53,331 nt of DNA from a virus. Its lineage: Duplodnaviria; Caudoviricetes. The stretch spans positions 1-53,331 of the IMG/VR virus record IMGVR_UViG_3300002446_000089, one strand, 5' to 3'. Both the position numbers and the translations under genes were made by a program. Positions within the stretch are counted from its first letter, which is position 1. Each line of letters starts with the position of its first letter. The notes under the pieces were generated by a model that worked only from the letters and a program-made list of their open reading frames with translations, ran no database searches and was not told where the DNA came from. This document shows positions 7,577 through 16,557 of the stretch, in pieces.

Positions 7577-9406
7577 TCATATCTCCAGTAAAAACATGCT
7601 TGGTTCCATTGCAACCAGTTTTTTACCCCACATGGTCTGCTTCAAAGACCTTGTGATATGGACCCTGTCCTTGGCCCGGGTTAAGGCGACGTAGAAAAGC
7701 CGGCGCTCTTCTTCCATGTCTTTAGTCTGCCCGGCGGGGAACAGTCCCTGGTTCATCCCGGCGATAAAAACAACTGAAAACTCAAGCCCCTTGGCGGCGT
7801 GAACAGTCAACAGCTTGACGGCATTAACCTTTTCCTGGACCAGTTTTTCCTGGATATCCCGTGTATTCAGATACTGAATAAACGTGGCATAGTCTTCCCC
7901 AAGGCCAATCCCGTTCTGAACTTCCTGCCACCTTGAAATTTGCTTATGAGCATCATCAAGGTGGTTTATCCTATAGGTCAGGTTCATTTCCGCCAGGCTT
8001 TCCCTTAATCCCAGGATACTTATTGTCTGCAAAAACACATGTTCAGCATCCTGGAAGTCCTCATTAAGAACCTCTTTGATCTTTGAAACTAAATCTAGAA
8101 ACCCAACAGCCTCCGGATGTTCGGAACCCTCCAATATTTCCATAAGCGAAAGTTCTTTATCTACTGCCTGCAGTTCCCAAAGGTCCATATTCCAAAGCAC
8201 AGAATTGGGTTGCAGGATCCGGAAGGCCTTCTTTACCACCACGTTGTCCTTGGGGTTATGTGCCGCCTGGATACAGGTCAGGACGTCCTTTACAACAGGC
8301 ATTTTAAAAACATCGTCCTGGTTGTTGACCAGCTGGCAGGGTATTCCCTGTTGATCAAGGAAGCCTTTGATATAGAGCAGCTGGCGGTTGGTACGGGCCA
8401 GGACTGCTGCATTGCTGTAATCGTCTATTCCCAACTGCCGGATTGCGCCTGCGATACCCTTTGCTTCTACTTTTTCATCTCCAAAGAAAGTAATGGTTAC
8501 AGGTTCTCCGTCTCTTCCGGCAATTAAAGTCTTGTGAGTTTGATTTACGTTGTGAGATATAAGGCTATTGGCGGCTTTGACGATTTGATTTGTGGACCGG
8601 TAGTTTTGTTCCAGTTTTACAACTTCCGCATCCGGGTAACGTATGGAGCTGTTAAAAAGCAGGATGTTCTGAATGTTTGCCCCCCGCCAGCCGTATATGC
8701 CCTGGTAGTCGTCACCCACTACGAAGAGGTTTTCGGGGGAAAGTTTTTGGATTATAGAGTCCTGGGGGGAGCTGGTATCCTGATATTCATCAACGAAAAC
8801 ATACCGGTAGATGTTGCGGTAATAATCCCGGACCTGATCAATGTCTAAGAGGTCGTTGGTTTTGTGCAGGAGCATGTCCAGGTCTAGGGCGTTATTCTGC
8901 TTTAACTGGTAAAGGTATTCCTTTATAACCTTACCTTCATCGCCCAACATGAAAAGAGCTTTATCCCACTGGCCAAGGTGCTTTAATACATCTGAAACCT
9001 TCACCTTTTTGAATTTGAATTCGCTTATGATTGCTTCAACTATTGCCCTGCGGTCTTCTTCATCGTAGATTGTGAAATTGGGCTCAATGTTTATAAGGTT
9101 TCCCCATTCGCGCAGGACCTTGACGCAGAAACTGTGAAAGGTACCGCAGAAAAGTTTCTTTGCATTATTCTCACCGATAAGCCTTATAAGCCTTTCCTTC
9201 ATTTCCTTGGCTGCAAGTCTGGTGAAGGTGAGCGCCAGCATATTACTGGTGCTCACCCTGTTTTCTACCAAGTGGGCTATGCGGTGCGTCAGCACTCTCG
9301 TCTTTCCGCTCCCGGCGCCGGCCAGGGTAAGGATAACCGGGCTGTCTGAAGTAACTGCCTGCGCCTGCTGTTCGTTTAAGCCGTCAAGCAGTCTTTGCAT
9401 CGGCAT
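7577..9406 (-). CDS. UvrD/PcrA-like superfamily 1 DNA helicase
   Basis: AGAGSGKT, TFTRLAA, VDEYQD, VGDDYQGIYGWRGA, QNYRS, TVHAAKGLEF, EERRLFYVALTRAK. Confidence 0.95.
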   Translation of the reverse strand: MPMQRLLDGLNEQQAQAVTSDSPVILTLAGAGSGKTRVLTHRIAHLVENRVSTSNMLALTFTRLAAKEMKERLIRLIGENNAKKLFCGTFHSFCVKVLREWGNLINIEPNFTIYDEEDRRAIVEAIISEFKFKKVKVSDVLKHLGQWDKALFMLGDEGKVIKEYLYQLKQNNALDLDMLLHKTNDLLDIDQVRDYYRNIYRYVFVDEYQDTSSPQDSIIQKLSPENLFVVGDDYQGIYGWRGANIQNILLFNSSIRYPDAEVVKLEQNYRSTNQIVKAANSLISHNVNQTHKTLIAGRDGEPVTITFFGDEKVEAKGIAGAIRQLGIDDYSNAAVLARTNRQLLYIKGFLDQQGIPCQLVNNQDDVFKMPVVKDVLTCIQAAHNPKDNVVVKKAFRILQPNSVLWNMDLWELQAVDKELSLMEILEGSEHPEAVGFLDLVSKIKEVLNEDFQDAEHVFLQTISILGLRESLAEMNLTYRINHLDDAHKQISRWQEVQNGIGLGEDYATFIQYLNTRDIQEKLVQEKVNAVKLLTVHAAKGLEFSVVFIAGMNQGLFPAGQTKDMEEERRLFYVALTRAKDRVHITRSLKQTMWGKKLVAMEPSMFLLEI

Positions 9407-11564
9407 CTACCTCCTGTCTGCCCAGGTCCCAAACCTGCCAGCCGGGTATTTCATCCTCTTCCGGACTTATCACACCGGCTAAAATTATGTTGTCAAGGTC
9501 GTCTTTGATCTGAGACAGGCCATGAACAGCTCTTTTAAAGTTATCCCCGTCAAGGTTCTCAATGTTGTCAATGGCCAGGACCTTAAGAGGAGGGTTCGCC
9601 CGTTTAAGCAGTGTGACCATCAGCGCAGCCAGTAAGAGGAGCTGCTGGCCGGTCGAGAGGGCGTCGAAGTTTAACTCCCGGCCTCTGTCGTCTATCCACC
9701 CGAATTGGAACACTTCTTTGCCGGTGTCGCTTTCCGTCTGAAAGAAGAATTCCTGCCTTAATCCCATTGCAAAGAGATTTTTCTGAACGTCGTCCTGAAG
9801 GGGTCCCAAGGTATTCTTGACAAGCTCACCTTTTAGCCCTTTTGGTCCTAAGGCGTCGGCAAGCCATTTTGAACAGTCAGCGTTATATGAGGCCTTTTTG
9901 CTGTCTATCATGGAGGCCTTCAGGTTGGATAAGGTTACTTTAGCCTTTTCCTGTTCGTATATTTTTGCCTTCATTTCGCTGGCCTGTTTGCTGAGTCCGT
10001 CCCGCCGCATTTCAAGAGCATCCAAAGGAGCGATGGCCTCAACCGGCTCCGCCTGAAGTATTTGAAATTCCTCCTGAAACATCTTCAGCCTGTCCTCCAG
10101 GCTGGTGCGCTCCTGGGCGCGGTCGGCCTTCTGTTTCTCCAGTTTCGCAATCTCTTTTCTGATCTCTTCGTTGGCCTTGACCTGGGCGCCAGCCTTACTG
10201 GTGATCGCCCTTCTTTCTTCCTGGATGGCCTTTTTCCTCAACGTCAGCTGCTGGATTTGTTCTCTTTTTTCGCCCAGTTCCTTCTGCTTTAAGATGACGT
10301 ATGCCCGCTTTTCATCCTGCTGCTTCTGTACGTAGTCCAGGTAGGGGGTGAAGTCCTTACTGCAGGCTATCAGGGGGCTGATGATGCAGACCCTGACCTG
10401 GCTGCCGTTCATATCCTGGAGCGTGTTCTGAATGCTTCTTACCGTCGCCTGCAGTGCCCGCATTTCCCCCTCGGCCCTGCTGACTTCCTTGTCCAATTCC
10501 CGCACCTGTTCGTCAAGGTTCCGGATGGTGTTCTCTTTCTCAAATTCTTCACTGTCCAAGGGTGCGGTAGAGGCCTCAATATCTATCTCCGTAATCCTGC
10601 CCTGGAGATCGGCAATTTGTTCATCCAGGCCGTCATCGCTGACGGGGAGTTGAGACAGCTTCTCCTCGATGTCCAGTATTGTTTCCTTAAGCTCATCTAT
10701 CCGTTTGTAGTGCTTGTCGGCGGCCTTTTTCTTTTCCTGATTTCCGGACAGCTGCTTTTCAACCTCTATAAGCTGCTCCTGGAGACCGGCTACCTCTGCT
10801 TTGTTATGGGCAATGTTGCGGTCGGTCTCAGCCAGATCGTTCTTCATGTCGGCAAGCTTTTTAACGGCGCCCCGGGCGTTCTCTTTTTCTGAATTCCAGT
10901 GCGTCTGCTCTGCCTTTGCCCAGTCCAGCATGGCCTGCAGTCCGCTCTGGAGGTCTTGATCTTCCTTGTACTGCTCCAGGGCGTTTTTAATAATGCCGGC
11001 CATTATATCGTACTGTTCAACGTTGTTGACCTGTAGCTCCATAGTCAAAAGGGTGTCTTTGAGGCGTTTTTCAACCGTCTGTTTATCCCATAAGTCAGTG
11101 GTGATCGGAGACAGGCTGTAGAAAAAGTCCCGGCGCTTGGCGTCTGACAGGTTTAAGAACTCCCCGAAGTCAAGCATCACAGGAAAGTTCCCGACCTCGG
11201 CCGCAATCCTGGCCCTGCGCTGGGTGTCGTTCTTTTCCCCGCGGCCGGGGGTAACTGCAACACTCTCGCTAATCGCTATAGTTATGGAGCCGTCCTTGCT
11301 CCTTTTCCCTGCTTTAGAGTACGTCCGGGCAGCCTTAAAGGAATCAGTCTCAATGCCCACGGTCATATCTCCACCGGGAGATAATTTGTATGTTTCTGCC
11401 GGCAGTTTGCCTTTCCCCGGGCAGTATCCCAGAAGGGATATGCCCAGGGCCTGCAGCCTCGTGGTTTTGCCGGAGCCGTTAGGGCCGCAGATTATATCCC
11501 GGCCTGTTAACAGCTGGACGCCTTTTTGGTTTTTGATACCGTCCATGATAATCTTCTTAATCAA
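9384..11564 (-). CDS. SMC/Rad50(SbcC)-like ATPase with long coiled coil
   Basis: Walker A GPNGSGKT, coiled coils, central Cys pair, signature LSTGQ, Walker B LAIDN. Confidence 0.85.
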   Translation of the reverse strand: MIKKIIMDGIKNQKGVQLLTGRDIICGPNGSGKTTRLQALGISLLGYCPGKGKLPAETYKLSPGGDMTVGIETDSFKAARTYSKAGKRSKDGSITIAISESVAVTPGRGEKNDTQRRARIAAEVGNFPVMLDFGEFLNLSDAKRRDFFYSLSPITTDLWDKQTVEKRLKDTLLTMELQVNNVEQYDIMAGIIKNALEQYKEDQDLQSGLQAMLDWAKAEQTHWNSEKENARGAVKKLADMKNDLAETDRNIAHNKAEVAGLQEQLIEVEKQLSGNQEKKKAADKHYKRIDELKETILDIEEKLSQLPVSDDGLDEQIADLQGRITEIDIEASTAPLDSEEFEKENTIRNLDEQVRELDKEVSRAEGEMRALQATVRSIQNTLQDMNGSQVRVCIISPLIACSKDFTPYLDYVQKQQDEKRAYVILKQKELGEKREQIQQLTLRKKAIQEERRAITSKAGAQVKANEEIRKEIAKLEKQKADRAQERTSLEDRLKMFQEEFQILQAEPVEAIAPLDALEMRRDGLSKQASEMKAKIYEQEKAKVTLSNLKASMIDSKKASYNADCSKWLADALGPKGLKGELVKNTLGPLQDDVQKNLFAMGLRQEFFFQTESDTGKEVFQFGWIDDRGRELNFDALSTGQQLLLLAALMVTLLKRANPPLKVLAIDNIENLDGDNFKRAVHGLSQIKDDLDNIILAGVISPEEDEIPGWQVWDLGRQEVDADAKTA

Positions 11565-11576
11565 CCAGCCCGCCTC

Positions 11577-12536
11577 CTAATACAGCCCTAATTGACCGCT
11601 TGGGATTTCAGAGGATGAGTTATCTTCCCCGCCGCCGCTGCCTTCGTCGCCTTCGGCGCCGGCAGAAATCTCGTCATCTGTTACTTCCCCGCTGACGTCA
11701 ATGGTCTGGACCCTATGACCTTTTACTTCCATTTCCCCGCCGGCACCCTCATCGGCCGCCTTTTGGGCGATCTCCAGGAGGTCCTCCCTGGTAAAGTCGT
11801 GGCAGAAACCGATAACTTCCACTTTGGATATCCGGGCTTTCAGGGGTCCCTCAGACAGGACGTTGACGGTGGACAGCGCCGGGTGTTTTTTCATGACAAG
11901 GCGCTCGCATATTGTCTGCGCCTTGCGCTCTGCGAAAAGCTTGTTCTGAATAAAAGTGTCCAGTGCTTTTAAAACTTCCGGATTGTTGTAATCAGCCCAG
12001 ACGCCGAGCTCGCCCTGGATGGCGTGAAAGACGCCTTTCTGCAGCTCTTCGGATGTCAGCGTCGACTTCATGCATATCTTGCCGGCATTTTTGTTGGTTT
12101 GAATCTTCTTAGCCAGATCCTGGATGAAATACATGGTGATATCGTAAAGGAGTGTTGAAGTTGTGATGACAAGGTTTCCGATGGGACCGAATCCCACCGC
12201 CATTTTTTTAACCCATACTTTTTCAATGGTCTTGGACAGTGGGTCGATAATCGGGTAGGGGTTGACGACTGTTTCGCCAGAAGGCAGGACCAGTTTTTCC
12301 GGGGTGATCACGGAGATGCTGGCTATTTTGTTTAACTCGTTATACCCGGACGCGGTAATCATTATCTTGTTCGATATCTCAGCCAGCTGTCCGAGTTGCT
12401 CCCGCAGGGTTATAAATCCCTTGACGGACTTTACTTGACCACTGGACGTGCGCTTGATGAAAACTTGACCGTCACCAAGGGCAACGATTTCTGGTTTTTT
12501 AAGAGTTTCAGGTAATACTGACATAGAATTAATCAT
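11577..12536 (-). CDS. Hypothetical protein, possible recombination/annealing factor
   Basis: 319 aa with acidic flexible C-terminal tail; directly upstream of the SMC-like and helicase genes. Confidence 0.6.
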   Translation of the reverse strand: MINSMSVLPETLKKPEIVALGDGQVFIKRTSSGQVKSVKGFITLREQLGQLAEISNKIMITASGYNELNKIASISVITPEKLVLPSGETVVNPYPIIDPLSKTIEKVWVKKMAVGFGPIGNLVITTSTLLYDITMYFIQDLAKKIQTNKNAGKICMKSTLTSEELQKGVFHAIQGELGVWADYNNPEVLKALDTFIQNKLFAERKAQTICERLVMKKHPALSTVNVLSEGPLKARISKVEVIGFCHDFTREDLLEIAQKAADEGAGGEMEVKGHRVQTIDVSGEVTDDEISAGAEGDEGSGGGEDNSSSEIPSGQLGLY

Positions 12537-12672
12537 CCTTTCTTTCTTCGTTTTTCCGGTCTTCAGCGGCCTTCAGTTCCCCGCCGCAGGCACACCTTTT
12601 TAGTACCAGCCGTTCCGGAGATGCAGCGGACCAATATATTTGTTTGCAGAGGGCGCAGATCAGCTTTCGCAT
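12529..12672 (-). CDS. Small zinc-finger-like protein (47 aa)
   Basis: Hand-translated MRKLICALCKQIYWSAAS...RCACGGEL; overlaps the next start. Confidence 0.55.
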   Translation of the reverse strand: MRKLICALCKQIYWSAASPERLVLKRCACGGELKAAEDRKNEERKDD

Positions 12673-12870
12673 TATTGCACTTCCTTAAAAGGATTCCGGG
12701 GCCGGGCCTTTGCTTCACCGGCCCCAGGTATATAAGGTAGGGATATATTAGCTTGCCCTCCCACTGGGCAAAATTGAAATTTCACTTGCCTTGCCGTTTT
12801 GCTGTGTGCTAGAATTAATGAAATGTACACTACTTTTTTCCTATTGGCTCCTTACAAAGCCAATATTTTT

Positions 12871-13362
12871 TTATATAGTTTTAAAATTAATATTTGCAAA
12901 TTCACCAAAATAAAGCATTGCTGCTTTGTCATAAGCTTTTGCCGCCTCGGATTCATCTTTGTAAAAACCAAGGTGAATACACTCATAATTAATCCTTATC
13001 CTTGCCTGCCAAATATTGATATCGCGTCGCCAGGTTACCCCTTTAAATTTTGAAATACCACGCCTTGAATGTTGATTCCGAGCGTTTTCAGCTATACTAC
13101 AAATACGAAGATTGCTTCTACGGTTATCAAGACAATTACCGTTTATGTGATCCACATATTGTTGCGGTTCTGCACCACAGATAAGTCTGTGCATCTTCTC
13201 TGACCTTGCGTGACCATTCTTATAGCCGGTTACTGCTGAAGCGTATCCGTATTTTCCTTCTCTACCGCATTTCATGTAGTGCCATTTGTATTTATTTACA
13301 ATTGAATAATCTGCTTCATCAATTATTGCGACTTTGCCTTGTGTCAGAGGAATTTGAATCAT
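12871..13362 (-). CDS. HNH endonuclease with C-terminal AP2 domain (free-standing homing endonuclease)
   Basis: MIQIPLTQGKVAIID, MHRLI, VDHINGNCLDNRRSNLR, SKFKGV, HLGFY...AAKAYDKAA..YFGEFA. Confidence 0.92.
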   Translation of the reverse strand: MIQIPLTQGKVAIIDEADYSIVNKYKWHYMKCGREGKYGYASAVTGYKNGHARSEKMHRLICGAEPQQYVDHINGNCLDNRRSNLRICSIAENARNQHSRRGISKFKGVTWRRDINIWQARIRINYECIHLGFYKDESEAAKAYDKAAMLYFGEFANINFKTI

Positions 13363-13880
13363 GCTAGGATCTCCTTTTTTACGTACCCTTTTTCCCAACA
13401 TTTTTGATTATGTTGTTCTACCAAAACACTAACGTCACAAATCCTACCTAGAGCAATTTTTAAGATCTCGACTCCATGTTCGATATCCAAAAACTCCTGA
13501 ACGATCTGGCTGAATTCAGTCCACTCCTGGCTGCTGAAATCTTCCCTTTTCTGTTTGTTTACCGTAATCACAAGCAGCCGATTGAACACCTGCCGTGCTT
13601 CTTCCATCTCAACCGCCAGTTTCATGATGACAGCTGGAAGGCTTGTATCTATCGCGTTTAAAATTTCATAGCTATACACCCTACCAATTGCGCAGTTATG
13701 TCTGCAGTATTCCTGGGTCATTTCCGGCTTCCGGTAGACCCTTGACATTCCCAAAACGACTTCCGGAGGCGGCACTGTTTCACCGGCTTCATACTTAACC
13801 AGGGTCCTCGGTGCAACATGCACCCGGAAAGAAGCCTCGTCTATGCTCATTCCTGTTGCTTTTCTGGCACTTTTGAACAT
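13359..13880 (-). CDS. XRE-family HTH regulator
   Basis: ARKATGMSIDEAS...RTLVKYEAGETVP; SD GGAGGTG. Confidence 0.8.
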   Translation of the reverse strand: MFKSARKATGMSIDEASFRVHVAPRTLVKYEAGETVPPPEVVLGMSRVYRKPEMTQEYCRHNCAIGRVYSYEILNAIDTSLPAVIMKLAVEMEEARQVFNRLLVITVNKQKREDFSSQEWTEFSQIVQEFLDIEHGVEILKIALGRICDVSVLVEQHNQKCWEKGYVKKEILA

Positions 13881-13963
13881 TGTTTCACCTCCTTGCCTGT
13901 GATTTAATTTAAGTATTCAAATCATCCCGCCGCCCCTGGTCGAAGGATCCTCGGTCAGGGGAA

Positions 13964-14413
13964 TTACCCCGCCTTTTTACAAACTCCCTGAGCTTCCAGC
14001 CAAGCCAGGATGTCAGTGCGTTTAATCCTGCCGCCCTCCTGAGGCATTGTGGCTATGAAGTCCCGCTTAAACTGCTGATACAATCCGTTCTCCTGTGCCG
14101 CTTCCAAGCCGATAATACCTGACAGGATATTCAGTGCCAGATCAGCCGGTCCAGACCCGCCATACCCCCACTCAAAACCGTCAGGGGAATGCCTAATAAA
14201 TAAATGGGGTATGTTGGTTATTACCCTGCCGTTTTCATCACGGGTGCAAATGATATCTCCATCTGGATCAGAAGTCAGCGGTATATCTTGTTCCTGCTTC
14301 TCCCGTTCCTTCTCAACAAGGTGTTTGCTGTAACAGACCGGCCCCATGCCAAGTCTTATGCTCTGGGGATCGGATAAACCTCGTTTGCATTTACTGCATG
14401 TGGTTTCAGCCAC
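13964..14413 (-). CDS. Hypothetical protein (DUF6011-like zinc finger plus DUF6166-like domain)
   Basis: CSKCKRGLSDPQSIRLGMGPVC; HSPDGFEWGYGGSGPADLALNIL. Confidence 0.7.
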   Translation of the reverse strand: MAETTCSKCKRGLSDPQSIRLGMGPVCYSKHLVEKEREKQEQDIPLTSDPDGDIICTRDENGRVITNIPHLFIRHSPDGFEWGYGGSGPADLALNILSGIIGLEAAQENGLYQQFKRDFIATMPQEGGRIKRTDILAWLEAQGVCKKAG

Positions 14414-14420
14414 TTCTTTA

Positions 14421-14804
14421 TCACCTCACCTTCAGTAAAGTTCCACCCAACAACCAGATCGCTATCGGCAGCACAGCTATGGCTGCTGCTACTATATAGA
14501 CCAAATAGACTAAGACCGCCAAAGGCTTGCATCTGTCCGCTTTCCAGCGCCGCCCTTTGTAAAACCTCCAAGGCGGGATACTGGATATCTTGTTTACATT
14601 TGCCCCCGAATACCCAAACGCCATAGCTTTCTTGACAGCATCACCAAGCGTTCTTGCTACACCGCTGTGCAGTTTGCCGTCTTTGCCCCGATAGTCCCAC
14701 TGAATATAGGTTCTTTTTGTTATCGGTGAAGATAATTTCTCATAGCGGAACCGATCTTTCCCCGTGGTGGTTGAAACGCCATTCTCAGTCAGTTTAGTAG
14801 CCAA
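14421..14804 (-). CDS. Hypothetical protein with C-terminal hydrophobic segment
   Basis: ORF in operon. Confidence 0.55.
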   Translation of the reverse strand: MATKLTENGVSTTTGKDRFRYEKLSSPITKRTYIQWDYRGKDGKLHSGVARTLGDAVKKAMAFGYSGANVNKISSIPPWRFYKGRRWKADRCKPLAVLVYLVYIVAAAIAVLPIAIWLLGGTLLKVR

Positions 14805-14988
14805 TTCGTCCGCTCCTTCCCCTGATAATTTCCTGCATCATCAGCCGCCGCCCAAGGCCGGTCCGGTTTAACAACTCCTGCCTGCGTTTTTCAATTTCAG
14901 CCTGGCATTCAGGGCAACTGCCCTGGGCAACATAGCCACAAACAGGGCCATCGTTTGGCTTATAAAGTCTGGGTAGAACTGCGTTCAT
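14794..14988 (-). CDS. Hypothetical protein
   Basis: SD AAGGAG before MNAVLPRLY. Confidence 0.55.
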   Translation of the reverse strand: MNAVLPRLYKPNDGPVCGYVAQGSCPECQAEIEKRRQELLNRTGLGRRLMMQEIIRGRSGRIGY

Positions 14989-15010
14989 GCTCCTTACCTC
15001 CAGTTCTTTT

Positions 15011-15151
15011 CTATCCCGCCAGGTAGATCCCATCGTCTAACTTGAGCAGTCCGTCCTGAAAGGATCTGTTGACATGTTCGATCAAATCTTCCTGCCTGTT
15101 GCCGTCGAAATACCGGGCTTTCCCTTTGTAAATCACCACAACTGTCGCCAT
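15011..15151 (-). CDS. Hypothetical protein
   Basis: SD GGAGGTG before MATVVV. Confidence 0.55.
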   Translation of the reverse strand: MATVVVIYKGKARYFDGNRQEDLIEHVNRSFQDGLLKLDDGIYLAG

Positions 15152-15236
15152 TGATTTATTTTCACCTCCCATCCTGTGTACTGCTTGTCCATTTGTTACC
15201 GGAGATGAGGCCATCCTTAGCCCTCTTCTCACGTCA

Positions 15237-15431
15237 TCATCCAGAAACACTCTTTGGCTCTTGTGCTGCCGCCACTTCGGCGTTTTTACGCGTCACTGCT
15301 TCATAGAACAGAGGTGTCAGTGTGTCCATGACTTTCTGCCGGAATTTCTGCATTTCTTCAGGCGTTAGTTCGGTTTTTATCTGACCTCCGGGTAACACCC
15401 AGGCACGTTTCACTCCCAGTGGCATTACCAA
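15237..15431 (-). CDS. Hypothetical protein
   Basis: SD GGAGGTG. Confidence 0.6.
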   Translation of the reverse strand: MVMPLGVKRAWVLPGGQIKTELTPEEMQKFRQKVMDTLTPLFYEAVTRKNAEVAAAQEPKSVSG

Positions 15432-15533
15432 CCACCTCCGTTAGATACTATGAAAAGTTATGTTTGTCCGATAACGGGCAGCCTGTCCCAGTTTGACCGT
15501 TTACCTATCCGAGCGATCCCGATAATTTGTTAC

Positions 15534-15598
15534 AGGATTTTCCTTCTCCCTGTCGAAATTGATAGGTGTCCAAACTACCAATTCAAGGAAGGGAGGTG
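15534..15598 (+). promoter_or_regulatory. Sigma-H-like promoter plus conserved hairpin leader and SD (copy 1)
   Basis: AGGA-N14-GTCGAA; 41 of 49 positions shared with 31801-31848. Confidence 0.6.
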
Positions 15599-15604
15599 TA
15601 GAAT

Positions 15605-15766
15605 TTGAAATCTAACAAAGAACTAGCCGTTGAATTAACGATCGCTTATATTCAATCTTGGTTCGGCAATAACAGCACAGCACCCATTTACAAAGAAGAA
15701 TGTGTTGAGATCCTCAATCTTTTTAAAGAATCCCTTGACGCTATGACCGATACTAAAGAGGCCTAA
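15605..15766 (+). CDS. Small moron protein (53 aa, MKSNKELAVELTIAYIQSW...)
   Basis: Hand-translated; TTG start with SD GGGAGGTG; opposite strand to the surrounding operon. Confidence 0.65.
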   Translation: MKSNKELAVELTIAYIQSWFGNNSTAPIYKEECVEILNLFKESLDAMTDTKEA

Positions 15767-15902
15767 TGGTCATTCCGTTTATCAATTTCACAACCTCCGG
15801 TAATATTTCAATCTCCTTGTCGGAGGTTGCGTTCCCTTTTAACACTCTGACTGCAAAATCTTTTAATGCGTTAAAAATCTCATCTTTTTGAACGTCCGCC
15901 AT
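15753..15902 (-). CDS. Hypothetical protein
   Basis: SD GGAGGTG before MADVQKDEIF. Confidence 0.55.
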   Translation of the reverse strand: MADVQKDEIFNALKDFAVRVLKGNATSDKEIEILPEVVKLINGMTIRPL

Positions 15903-16086
15903 TTGTCTCACCTCCCTCCATAAGCAGCTCACGTTCAACATAGGGAAGCATTATCTTAGCCAGGCTATCGAGGTAGCTGTCTTCGCTTTGGTCCGTTATC
16001 CCGATTACTTCCTCGCTTAATTTCTCAAAACCGTCTTTTGTACGCCTGGCTATTATCTTTACTAGGGCTATGGGCATTGTGATCAC
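15880..16086 (-). CDS. Hypothetical protein
   Basis: SD GGGAGTG; follows cro. Confidence 0.6.
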   Translation of the reverse strand: MITMPIALVKIIARRTKDGFEKLSEEVIGITDQSEDSYLDSLAKIMLPYVERELLMEGGETNGGRSKR

Positions 16087-16096
16087 TCCCTATGGT

Positions 16097-16426
16097 TTAT
16101 CCAAGCGTCCCAGTGGCAAGACCGATTAGGTTGGGGTTAGGTTGCCTATTGTTATTATCTTCACTACCTGTGAAGTATTTAGGCAAAAAAATTTCTGTTA
16201 CCTTTGCTGAACCGATACCTAATTCTTCACAAATAGCCACGGCTAATCCATAAGGTATATTCTTTAAACCGGCTTCAATTTGACTTATATAGCTTTCTGA
16301 TGCTTTAAATCCACGTTTTCTTAATCGCTCAGCTAACTCGGCTTGAGTCATTACTAATTCCCGGTACTCTTTCATCCTGTTTTTATAAGGCCCTATTTTC
16401 CCTCTAACCATTGACCACTTCACCAC
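16097..16426 (-). CDS. Cro-like XRE HTH repressor
   Basis: MTQAELAERL...SESYISQIEAG; divergent from cI. Confidence 0.85.
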   Translation of the reverse strand: MVKWSMVRGKIGPYKNRMKEYRELVMTQAELAERLRKRGFKASESYISQIEAGLKNIPYGLAVAICEELGIGSAKVTEIFLPKYFTGSEDNNNRQPNPNLIGLATGTLG

Positions 16427-16434
16427 CTGTAATA

Positions 16435-16535
16435 ATATTAACTACTAGTGAAGTATGTGTCAATAGGTTCTCTTATAATTTTTTAAAAAAATATTACTAG
16501 TAGTTAAGAGGTTAATTACTTCACTGTGCGTAAAC
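16435..16535. promoter_or_regulatory. Lysis/lysogeny switch: lytic promoter and three operators
   Basis: Minus-strand TTGACA(16463-58)-N17-TAATAT(16440-35); operator-like CTTCAC-N5-GTGAAG variants at 16437-16453, 16492-16508 and 16519-16535; perfect copy at 16159-16175. Confidence 0.7.
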
Positions 16536-16557
16536 ATTTATTAGGGTGTGATTAAAT

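Noticed and set aside
15445-15470. Sporulation sigma-E/K-like promoter (GGACA...CATAGTAT) on the minus strand
   Set aside because: The consensus is too short and degenerate to support from one instance
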